In this document: positions 7,827 to 23,126 of the stretch, in pieces
Layout: each line of letters opens with the position of its first letter
How positions within the stretch are numbered: the stretch's first letter is position 1
Origin: Candidatus Moraniibacteriota bacterium
Lineage (GTDB): Bacteria > Patescibacteriota > Minisyncoccia > Moranbacterales > UBA1568
DNA: 64,000 nt
NCBI GenBank assembly: GCA_963743885.1
Contig: CAVURJ010000001.1
Location: 279,488 to 343,487, forward strand
Direction: 5' to 3'
Made by a program: the position numbers and the translations under genes
Notes under the pieces: model-generated
Database searches by the model: none
Seen by the model: only the letters and a program-made list of their open reading frames with translations
What the model was told of the DNA's origin: nothing

Positions 7827-9566
7827 CTATGCCTTTGAGGCAATCTCTTCTGAGAGGCGCTTGGTGATATCTTCGATCGATAGGGCGCCGACCTTGCCAG
7901 TCCGGCTTTCGAGGGTCGCGGTCCGGTCGGTGACTTCCTGGTCGCCGATGACGAGGGTGTAGGGGGTTTTCGAGACTTTGGCGTTCCGGATACGCTTGCC
8001 GAGGGACTCGTTGTCAGCATCGAGCGTGGCGCGGATGCCGGCAGCCTGGAGTGCTGCGAGGATCTCTTTCGCGAAAGCATGATGTCCTTCGCCGATTGGG
8101 AGGATGGTCGCCTGGACCGGAGAGAGCCAGAGCGGGAAAGCGCCGGCGTAGTGCTCGATGAGGATACCCATGAAGCGCTCGAGCGATCCGGAGATGGCAC
8201 GATGGATGACGACAGGTCGCTCCTTCTCGCCCTTCTCGTTGATGTAAGAGAGCTCGAAGCGTTCTGGTAGGTTGAAATCGCACTGGATGGTGGCGAGCTG
8301 CCATTCCCGTCCGATAGCGTCTTTGAACATGAAGTCGAGTTTCGGACCATAGAAAGCGGCTTCGCCTTCCACTCGGCGGTAATTCAGGCTGTTTTCCTTG
8401 GCAGCCTTCTCGAGAGCGCCTTCAGCAGCATCCCAGGCCTCATCGGTACCGAGGTATTTGCTCTTGTCTTCGCCGCGCACCGAGAGCGAGACCCAGTAGC
8501 CGTCCATCATGCCGAAGATTGTGTAGAACTCCTTGATGATAGAGACGATAGTCGAGACTTCTGATTCGATCTGGGAAACGCGGCAGAAGAGGTGGCCATC
8601 GTCCTGGGTGATGGAACGGACGCGAGTGAGGCCGCCCAATTGTCCGGACTTCTCATCACGGTAGACGGTGGCTGGCTCGAAGTAGCGGACCGGCATGTCG
8701 CGGTAGGAGAACTGGTTGTCCGCGAAGATCTGCATGTGGTGCGGGCAGTTCATCGGCTTCATGATGAACTTCTCTTCTTTACCGGAGACGCGGAAGAGCT
8801 CGTCACCGAACTTGGCAGCGTGGCCGGAGGCGATGTAGAGGTCTTCCTTGGCGATATGAGGTGTCCAGACGCGATCGTAGCCTTTGTCTTGATGCAGGTT
8901 CCAGAGGAGATCCTCAATCTGCTTTCGGATGATCATGCCTTTCGGCTGCATGAGGGGGAGTCCGGCTCCGACCAGGGGTGAAATCGTGAAGAGTCCGAGC
9001 TCGCGACCGAGCTTCTTATGGTCGCGCTTCTTCGCTTCTTCCTGCTGGAGAAGGTAGGCGGCGAGCTCGGCCTTGGTCGCGAAGGCGAGGCCATAGACAC
9101 GGGTGAGCATCGGCTGGTTCTCGTCGCCGCGGAAGTACGCGCCGGCGAGGTGGGTGAGCGTGAAGGCCTGCGGATCGATCTCAGAAGTATTCTCGACGTG
9201 GCGGCCTTCGCAGAGGTCGGCAAATTCGCCGGTCTCATAGAGGCTGACTGCCTCACCAGCCTTTTCGATATCGTCGATGATGGCGAGCTTGTAAGGATTG
9301 CCAGTGTAGCGCTCGCGAGCTTCGCTTATGGAAATCTCTTTCCTGACGAAATCGAGCTTCCGGTGGACGAGGGAACGCATAGCTTTCTCGAACTTCGGCA
9401 GATCCTCTGGTTTCGGAGCCATTCCTTCGGAGAAATCGATGTCGTAGTAGAAGCCATTTTCGGTGACTGGGCCGACGGAAAGCCGGGCCTTTGGATCGTG
9501 CTCGAGGGCGGCAATAGCGAGGAGGTGAGCTAGCGAATGGCGGACATGGTAGAGTTGTTCGTCCAT
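7827..9566 (-). CDS. thrS: Threonine--tRNA ligase (no N-terminal TGS domain)
   Basis: RHSLAH, DLCEGRHV, RDHKKLG, KPMNCP.H, AAFYGPK.D, HRAI.GS.ERF. Confidence 0.97.
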   Translation of the reverse strand: MDEQLYHVRHSLAHLLAIAALEHDPKARLSVGPVTENGFYYDIDFSEGMAPKPEDLPKFEKAMRSLVHRKLDFVRKEISISEARERYTGNPYKLAIIDDIEKAGEAVSLYETGEFADLCEGRHVENTSEIDPQAFTLTHLAGAYFRGDENQPMLTRVYGLAFATKAELAAYLLQQEEAKKRDHKKLGRELGLFTISPLVGAGLPLMQPKGMIIRKQIEDLLWNLHQDKGYDRVWTPHIAKEDLYIASGHAAKFGDELFRVSGKEEKFIMKPMNCPHHMQIFADNQFSYRDMPVRYFEPATVYRDEKSGQLGGLTRVRSITQDDGHLFCRVSQIESEVSTIVSIIKEFYTIFGMMDGYWVSLSVRGEDKSKYLGTDEAWDAAEGALEKAAKENSLNYRRVEGEAAFYGPKLDFMFKDAIGREWQLATIQCDFNLPERFELSYINEKGEKERPVVIHRAISGSLERFMGILIEHYAGAFPLWLSPVQATILPIGEGHHAFAKEILAALQAAGIRATLDADNESLGKRIRNAKVSKTPYTLVIGDQEVTDRTATLESRTGKVGALSIEDITKRLSEEIASKA

Positions 9567-9780
9567 AGCAGTACTGTCTTTAGGGAATGATTGTCTCCAT
9601 AGTAGCGCAAAAAAGAGGCCTAGGAAAGCCCCGCCCTATTTCCGAATCAGGCCTGTGGCGAGGGAAAATATTTTCCACGGAAACGCCTGCAGCTTTGCAT
9701 GTGGCAGGGGGGTATGAGCAAAGAAAAAGGGCGGGACAAGCCCTCCCTCTATCTTATCGGATCCGATGAGACTTTCAGTC

Positions 9781-11205
9781 TCATTTCTTCTCTTCTACCT
9801 CCTGGATGGAGAGATTGAGGTCTTTCTTGAGTTCGTAGGATTGAGTGTATTCCTTGTCTTTGGTTTTGATGGTCACAGTGACCGGGATGGACCCGACGCC
9901 AGACTGTTTCTGGATGAGGAGGCGGTAATTGTCGGCAGTGATGGTATCCGGGAGGGTATATTCGATGCCGGTCTCGAGCTCGCGGTTCATGAGGGCGTCG
10001 ACCTTGTAGCCGAAGACGGTCTTCTTGAGGTCGGTCGAATCTTGTCCGGTGACGCCGCCCGTGTGCCGGCGGGACTGGTCGATGTACTTCGATCCGAGCG
10101 GAGCCAGGATGCGGGTATAGGTATGGTAGTCGCTTGTCCGCCAGTCTCCATACGTCGCCGTGTGGTTGTAGGTGTAGGAGACGTTCGCTTTCGGATGTTC
10201 GCCAGTGAAGTCGACCGTGTACGCGAGCGAGCGCTTCACGTAGTAGTCGCTCTTGAGCGCGCCCAAGTTGGCATCAACGACCATGAGGTAGTCATTGGTC
10301 CAGTCGTCCGCGACGCCGCCGTCCCAGTGGACGCTCTCAACCTGCGCCTGGAGACTCTCATCATGGAAGTAGAGCATGATGTCCTTGGTGCGAAGCTCAT
10401 TTTGTGCGAATTCAGCAACTTTCGGGATATTTTCGACATGGTTGAGCCGGGTGATCATCTCGGCGGCGATCCGCTTCATGATGTTTTTGCGGTTCTCCTT
10501 GAGTTCGGCCGGTACGTCGTCGCCGAGGTAGTTCTTCTCGACCGCCTCTTCGAGCTTGAGTGCGCCATCCTGGCTCGTGAAGGTGCCGAAGCCAGGCATG
10601 GTGATATCGCCGGTCAGTGTGAGCGCGTGGTTGAAGACGTCGGAGTTGACCGCGATGACGCCATCAAACTTCTCGCGTCCGCCGCCTAAGCGGTAGAAGT
10701 ATTCCGCCTTCCCGGCGTTGTAGGGGAAGTCCGGGGAGAAGTTGGAATCACGGAGCATCCAGCGCTTGATCTGGGCATAGCGGGTGAGCGGCCAGGGCGG
10801 AGTGATCTTGATGTTGGCGTTCTTGATGCGCTGGTCGAGGAGGTTGGCATCTTCGACGACGGTCGAGACGATGGAGCCGTTCTTCACCTTCACGACGGCG
10901 TATTGGCCGAGGAAGCCGCCGCCGGGACGAAGCTCATAGTTGTTCTGGAGGAGCACCATGTAGACCCGCGTCTTGTCGTCCTGCTTGGCGAGTTCTTGGA
11001 CGAGAGCATTCGCGACTTCGATCTCCTTTTTGGTGTCGGCTTCGATCGGGAGGAGCCGGGAGACTTTCTGGAAGACGTTGAGCGACGAGGCGGCAAATTC
11101 CGTCTTGTGATCCTTGGCGTAGAAGAACGTGTAGACACCGCCGCCGATGATGGCGGTCAGTATGACGAAGAGAGCGATGCGGCCTTTGGTGAAGAAGGAA
11201 GACAT
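9781..11205 (-). CDS. DUF4012-like membrane-anchored protein
   Basis: LLQNNYELRPGGGFLG, LRDSNFSPDFP, DGVIAVN, DANLGALKSD. Confidence 0.75.
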   Translation of the reverse strand: MSSFFTKGRIALFVILTAIIGGGVYTFFYAKDHKTEFAASSLNVFQKVSRLLPIEADTKKEIEVANALVQELAKQDDKTRVYMVLLQNNYELRPGGGFLGQYAVVKVKNGSIVSTVVEDANLLDQRIKNANIKITPPWPLTRYAQIKRWMLRDSNFSPDFPYNAGKAEYFYRLGGGREKFDGVIAVNSDVFNHALTLTGDITMPGFGTFTSQDGALKLEEAVEKNYLGDDVPAELKENRKNIMKRIAAEMITRLNHVENIPKVAEFAQNELRTKDIMLYFHDESLQAQVESVHWDGGVADDWTNDYLMVVDANLGALKSDYYVKRSLAYTVDFTGEHPKANVSYTYNHTATYGDWRTSDYHTYTRILAPLGSKYIDQSRRHTGGVTGQDSTDLKKTVFGYKVDALMNRELETGIEYTLPDTITADNYRLLIQKQSGVGSIPVTVTIKTKDKEYTQSYELKKDLNLSIQEVEEKK

Positions 11206-11302
11206 GATAGAAAAGATGAATGGTAAGACATTTCCTAGTCTATCATTGAGAGCCTTTACAGGGAAGCCTTCTGGGCGCTACAATGGGTTCCGTCGGATGA
11301 AA

Positions 11303-11373
11303 GCGGGTATAGTATAGTGGTAATACGTGACCTTCCCAAGGTTAAGCGACGGGTTCGATTCCCGTTACCCGCT
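11303..11373 (+). tRNA. tRNA-Gly(CCC)
   Basis: GCGGGTA/TACCCGC acceptor, TGACC-TTCCCAA-GGTTA, ACGGG-TTCGATT-CCCGT. Confidence 0.95.
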
Positions 11374-11548
11374 CTAGTGAAGCAAAGAGAAGTGGTCTTC
11401 TGCCACTTCCCTTTGCTTTTTAGGGGTAATGGGAATCGAAGGGCGCGAGTCGGATGCGAGTGAACGAGCATCCTGTGTGTAGCGCCCAGGCTCCGAGTCG
11501 GAGCGAGGAGGATTCCCGTATCTCGCTCAAGACTAGTATATCAATGAG

Positions 11549-11593
11549 GCGGGTTGGATTTTTACCCGCCTCTGGCGGGCCCGTTACCCGCTC
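11549..11593 (+). pseudogene. Duplicated tRNA-Gly 3' end with a 19-bp insertion
   Basis: GCGGGTTGGATT[TTTACCCGCCTCTGGCGGG]CCCGTTACCCGCTC versus tRNA ACGGGTTCGATTCCCGTTACCCGCTC. Confidence 0.8.
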
Positions 11594-11636
11594 ATAAGAA
11601 TAAAAGACCCTGGCTTATTCCGGGTCTTTTGTTTTT

Positions 11637-13610
11637 TCATATCCCATTCAACCAGGCGTTGATCTGCGCGTTGATCCGCATGAAGAGATCGCTCGTGGGA
11701 CTTTTTTCGGTTTTGGATGATTCGGTGATGGCTGGCGTGACAGGAACGGAGTCGTGTGGCGTATAGGCGATTGCTCTCGGCATCTTGAGACTGAGACCGT
11801 AGCTCAAGAGATCTGAGAGCTGTGGCCGGTCAGGATCGTCGGTCATCAGATCGTTCCTGATGACAGCGGGATGTGGAACCGACTCTTCTTCTGGGAGCGG
11901 CGCTTCTGGTCCGGTAGGGGAAGCTGTTTCTTCGGTTGGCATCTCTGTCATGGCGCCGGCCACTGCCGCCTCTTGTTCATCATTCTCATTCTCTTGTCTC
12001 CCACTTGTTGTCCCATGTTTCCTGCTCGTTGTTCCTTGTTCACTGATAGTAAGTTTCCACTTCTCGCCTTTCTTCTTGATGTAGACAGCGTCTTCGGGCG
12101 CTGATTTTTCGAGCTTGTACTTGATTTCTTGCAGGACCTCGCCGTCCGGTGCGCGGAGTTCGATCTTGCCTTTCTCATTTGGTAGCGTGAAGAGTGAATA
12201 CTCTCGAGTAAGCCGAGCAGAGGATTTCGGCGGGATGATGAAGCTTTCGCGGACAGGGTGGTTGGCGAGTTTCTTCCAACCGGTCGCGATACCGAAGCCC
12301 TTGAGGTCGGCAGGCTTTTTCTTTTCGCGGTTCTCGATCAAGATCCATTCGCTGTCAGTGTCTTTGCCATCGGGGTTGGGGATGAAGGAGACGATGCGGA
12401 CATCCGGAGCCTCATAGGAGACGATCTTGATCGTGAATGTCTCGAGAGTATCATCACTGCCGTCGGAGACCGTGAGCGTGACGGTGTATTCGCCGTTCTT
12501 CTCGTAGGTATGCGAAGTCTCTGCCTTGTAGCTCTTGTGGCCGTCGCCGAAGTCCCATGTGTATTTGAGCTTGTCCTTGTCGGCATCCTTGCCTTTGGCA
12601 GCCATGGCGACTGGCATACCTTTGTAGCCTTTCTTCGGTACTTTTTCTTTCGTCGTTGGCAGATTGTTCAGGATATTGGCTGCTCCGGGCGTCGGCGTGC
12701 CGCCGCGCCAGCCGGAGGAAGTGTAGTTGAGTGAGACGTTCTCTTTCGTTTTGCTATAGCAGATTTCATGCACGATGACTTTGCTTTTGTCTATGAGAGT
12801 GATTCGATTGCCGCCGTCATCATTGAGTGATATTTCGTCTTTTAAGGCGAAATATCCGTGGCTAGCTATATTCCCGTCAGTTTCGAGAAAGACGTATGTG
12901 TCATTTTTGTCCTTAAGAGTAAATCCCCGTAGAGGGACCGCGTCTTTTCCGGGGTTGTAGAGTTCTACGAATTCCTCGAAGTCTTTTTTGGGGTGGGGCA
13001 GAAATTCGCTGATGCGAATAGTATCTGATTGCGGATTTGTCACGCAGTATGGTCGAGGGGTGTAGAGGATACCTTTGCTGTTGGTTGGAGTTGGAATATC
13101 AGTGATGGACCAGAGTAATGTTGTTATGTCGCGGATTAGGCTTTGGCCATCTCTCGGACTATTTGGAAAATTAAAATAAGAGGTATCGAACGGGGATGTG
13201 CTTTCCCATGATACAGAATCGATGATGGTATCACCCGATTTTTTCGGCGGAAGAAGAGCGAGACTGTATTTTTCAGAGAGGCCGTTTCCGGTCTTCGCAT
13301 CTGACATATCAGCGTAGACGCTATCGCTTCTAGCCCAGAGAAAGTATCCTTTTTCCGGTATGGTTGATCCTGATGTGAATTGGACGAGAGAATCTTCTTT
13401 CCCGGCGCTATTTTTTACGCGCAGGCGATAGCCAGTGATATCTTTTTTAGAATCATCTGGATTGTAAAGCTCAACGAAGTCATCGCTCGAGCTGTCTTCG
13501 CTGCCGATCTGGATCTCACTGATGATGATATCTGGTCCGGAAGCTCTGGCACCGGATGCGGTGAAGGCGATGAGGACCGCGAATGCGAGCAGATTTCTTT
13601 TTGTCTGCAT
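11637..13610 (-). CDS. Secreted lamin-tail-domain + PKD domain protein
   Basis: Signal peptide; repeated I.ISE...DFVELYNP LTD motifs; YTWDFGDG..HTY...G.YTVTLTVSDG PKD. Confidence 0.85.
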   Translation of the reverse strand: MQTKRNLLAFAVLIAFTASGARASGPDIIISEIQIGSEDSSSDDFVELYNPDDSKKDITGYRLRVKNSAGKEDSLVQFTSGSTIPEKGYFLWARSDSVYADMSDAKTGNGLSEKYSLALLPPKKSGDTIIDSVSWESTSPFDTSYFNFPNSPRDGQSLIRDITTLLWSITDIPTPTNSKGILYTPRPYCVTNPQSDTIRISEFLPHPKKDFEEFVELYNPGKDAVPLRGFTLKDKNDTYVFLETDGNIASHGYFALKDEISLNDDGGNRITLIDKSKVIVHEICYSKTKENVSLNYTSSGWRGGTPTPGAANILNNLPTTKEKVPKKGYKGMPVAMAAKGKDADKDKLKYTWDFGDGHKSYKAETSHTYEKNGEYTVTLTVSDGSDDTLETFTIKIVSYEAPDVRIVSFIPNPDGKDTDSEWILIENREKKKPADLKGFGIATGWKKLANHPVRESFIIPPKSSARLTREYSLFTLPNEKGKIELRAPDGEVLQEIKYKLEKSAPEDAVYIKKKGEKWKLTISEQGTTSRKHGTTSGRQENENDEQEAAVAGAMTEMPTEETASPTGPEAPLPEEESVPHPAVIRNDLMTDDPDRPQLSDLLSYGLSLKMPRAIAYTPHDSVPVTPAITESSKTEKSPTSDLFMRINAQINAWLNGI

Positions 13611-13702
13611 ATCCGTTTTTTCTTATCTTACGACAGACTTGAAAAATGTTCTAGAGTGTGCTATACTGTCTATGAAAGGTTGCGAAAACAAAGCAAAAAA
13701 CC

Positions 13703-14026
13703 ATGACTGAAGAGAAAAAGACCGTCCGGGCAAAGAAAGAAAGCGGCCATACCGGACTCTTCCTAGAAATCATCTTTCAGAGCATCCGATCGTTCATTGA
13801 TGGGACGATTGAGAGCATGCATCAGGCCGCACATCGGTTCGCGCGCAATCTGATGCGTCGGACAGCGGCGTTCTTCTTCTGTCTCGTCGGACTCGCGTTC
13901 ATCTTCGCTGGCTTCGCTAAGCTCCTCAATGCTGTGTATCCGCTCCCGGGCGTTGGCGAGGCGACGGTCGGTGTATTCATGCTGCTTCTGGCTTCAGTGC
14001 TCTATGCATTCAGCCGGGAGGAGTAA
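13703..14026 (+). CDS. Small 2-TM membrane protein (YqjE/holin-like)
   Basis: Two C-terminal TM helices; paired with the DUF883-like neighbour. Confidence 0.55.
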   Translation: MTEEKKTVRAKKESGHTGLFLEIIFQSIRSFIDGTIESMHQAAHRFARNLMRRTAAFFFCLVGLAFIFAGFAKLLNAVYPLPGVGEATVGVFMLLLASVLYAFSREE

Positions 14027-14048
14027 TAAATAATCTGTCTAGCAGCAT

Positions 14049-14288
14049 ATGCAGAAGAAAAAGACGACGGTGGAGGAAGTGAAGGGGAAGGTGATGGCTG
14101 AGCTTGAGAAGAGCCGCCAGATGGCTGAGAAGGAGATGGCCAAGGTGAAGAAGCATGTTGATTCCTCGATCAAGCAGGTCAACGACTATGTGAAGAAGAA
14201 TCCGAAGGAGGCCGCGGCAATCGCTGCTGGTATCGGTGCTGCGCTCGGCGCCGCCATCGCGCTCCTCGTGAGCAAGAAGAAGAAATAG
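14049..14288 (+). CDS. DUF883/ElaB/YqjD-like tail-anchored protein
   Basis: YVKKNP..AAAIAAGIGAALG..LL-KKKK C-terminus. Confidence 0.7.
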   Translation: MQKKKTTVEEVKGKVMAELEKSRQMAEKEMAKVKKHVDSSIKQVNDYVKKNPKEAAAIAAGIGAALGAAIALLVSKKKK

Positions 14289-14303
14289 CCTGAAGCTATA
14301 TCA

Positions 14304-14334
14304 AGTCCCGCCCGAGAGCGGGACTTTTTCTTTT
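14304..14334 (+). terminator. Rho-independent terminator
   Basis: AGTCCCGC-CCGAGA-GCGGGACT followed by a T tract. Confidence 0.75.
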
Positions 14335-14375
14335 AGGCTATAATAAGAAGGTGTAAACTACATATCTTTTCCGTT

Positions 14376-15185
14376 ATGGGTCTTGTCGGATTGCTCGCAA
14401 CAGTCGCTCTCATGGCAGTCGCGTCCTGGTATATGCTTGCTGGGCCGTCTTCGCCGAGCGTCGTGGTGGATACTACGGATACGGTACCCGCGGTCGTAGA
14501 GGGTTCGGCTGTTCCGGCGGATACGAATAGTGTCGCGGGAGCGCAGGCGCTCATCGGCCAGGCGACTGGGCTCAAGGCAGCACTTGAAAAGAAGACCGCT
14601 GATGAAGTGGCTATGACTGAAGACAGTCAACAAACAACAAATAACAGTCAACAGGGAGCAACTAACAGTCAGCAGTTAACAGCCAACAGTCAACAGGGAG
14701 TAAAAGATTCAAAGGCTAACGAAGCTCTCTCAATCATCGACAAGAAGGTTTCGTTTGGTTTTTCGGTATCGTCCGGACGGAAGATTGATACAGTCGTGTT
14801 GCATTCGTCCTATGACGCGCTCGGGTCTGAGCCGTATTCTGTATCGGGCACCATCAAGGAGTACGGGGAATACGGCGTCGCGCCGCATTATCTGATTGAT
14901 CGGAAGGGGAATATCTATCGTCTCGTGGATGACAAGAATATCGCCTATCATGCCGGCGAGAGCCAGATGAAGGATGGCCGGACAGGAGTGAATGGCTTTT
15001 CAATCGGTATCGAGCTTTTGAATAAGGAAGATGATCAGTATACGGATGCCCAATATGCGGCTGTGAATAGTCTGATCGCGTACCTCAAGGACTTGTATCC
15101 GATCAAGTCTGTCGTTGGCCATGACGATATCGCTCCTGGCCGTAAGACTGACCCTTGGAACTTCGAGTGGAAGAGAGTGAAATGA
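14376..15185 (+). CDS. N-acetylmuramoyl-L-alanine amidase (Amidase_2/AmpD-like), membrane anchored
   Basis: VVLH, HYLIDRKG.IY.LV, AYHAG, N.FSIGIEL, GHDDIAPGRKTDP. Confidence 0.9.
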   Translation: MGLVGLLATVALMAVASWYMLAGPSSPSVVVDTTDTVPAVVEGSAVPADTNSVAGAQALIGQATGLKAALEKKTADEVAMTEDSQQTTNNSQQGATNSQQLTANSQQGVKDSKANEALSIIDKKVSFGFSVSSGRKIDTVVLHSSYDALGSEPYSVSGTIKEYGEYGVAPHYLIDRKGNIYRLVDDKNIAYHAGESQMKDGRTGVNGFSIGIELLNKEDDQYTDAQYAAVNSLIAYLKDLYPIKSVVGHDDIAPGRKTDPWNFEWKRVK

Positions 15186-15326
15186 ATTGAAGAAATTCAA
15201 AATTTAAAATCACAAGCTCCAAATAAATTCAAAAACTATAATTTTAAAAATAAGATGCCCTTAAGATACTCTGAGTTTTGATATTGCAATTTATTTGATA
15301 TTTGTAATTTTGAATTTGGTGCTTTT

Positions 15327-15626
15327 ATGACGTATGTATTCAGACTGAAAATAGAGAAAGACAAATCATCGCTTGCATTGGTTAAGGATGGAGCAGTGCG
15401 GGCGGCACGTGAGTGGTCTGAGACCCGCGATATGGGACAGCGGCTGTTCCAGGCGATCGATGAGCTACTCTCTGAACAGGGGATCAAGCCGGAAGATGTG
15501 GCTGATTTTGAGATTGATTCGGATATGCCGGACGGGTATATGTCGATGCGTATTGCAGAAACAGTCAAAAAGACGTATACTTTCGGTGTAGCTTCTCTCC
15601 GCTCCGATGGAGCGGTTGGCGGCTGA
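15327..15626 (+). CDS. Short TsaB (YeaZ)-like protein
   Basis: RLFQAIDELL..GI.PEDV..G.MSMRIA resembles the TsaB N-terminal half. Confidence 0.55.
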   Translation: MTYVFRLKIEKDKSSLALVKDGAVRAAREWSETRDMGQRLFQAIDELLSEQGIKPEDVADFEIDSDMPDGYMSMRIAETVKKTYTFGVASLRSDGAVGG

Positions 15627-15702
15627 GTACCGGGATGAAGAACCAAAAGCAATAGATTTTTTTCATACGAAAGGCTCCAAAAGGCCATTTTTTGGTTTCT
15701 AT

Positions 15703-15731
15703 TTGACAGGGAAAACAAAGCTTGTTATAGT
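15703..15731 (+). promoter_or_regulatory. sigma70 promoter for rpoBC
   Basis: TTGACA-17-TATAGT. Confidence 0.7.
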
Positions 15732-15959
15732 GAACGGTATTGTTTCGGAAAAGTAGTCGACTTTCGTCTCGAATCGCCTCTTGGGTGCAAGGTCTGTGGC
15801 GAGACCGAGTTGGAATCGTTGCTTGGAGCAGCTAACATTTCCAACAGAATGGAGCGCGCAACCGCCCCGTCCATAATCAAATAGTTTATCCGATAAACTC
15901 ATTTGCCCTACTTGTTTCGTCCCTATCACGAGACAAGGAGTGCGCGTGAGCGTCTTTTT

Positions 15960-19370
<3,411 letters not shown>

Positions 19371-19385
19371 CTCCTCACTCACATA

Positions 19386-23003
<3,618 letters not shown>

Positions 23004-23027
23004 GAGCCCGCACCTCTCTTTTCTTCG

Positions 23028-23060
23028 CAAAACGCCCCTTCTGGGGCGTTTTCGCTTTTT
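23028..23060 (+). terminator. Rho-independent terminator after rpoC
   Basis: AAAACGCCCC-TTCT-GGGGCGTTTT. Confidence 0.7.
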
Positions 23061-23126
23061 GAGCGGAAGGGCGGTTCCGTGATATACTGCGGAAACAAGG
23101 TGATAACCTATGTCTTTTTCGTATAT

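Noticed and set aside
7827-9566. ThrS lacking the TGS domain as a novelty
   Set aside because: Common in reduced genomes; catalytic motifs intact
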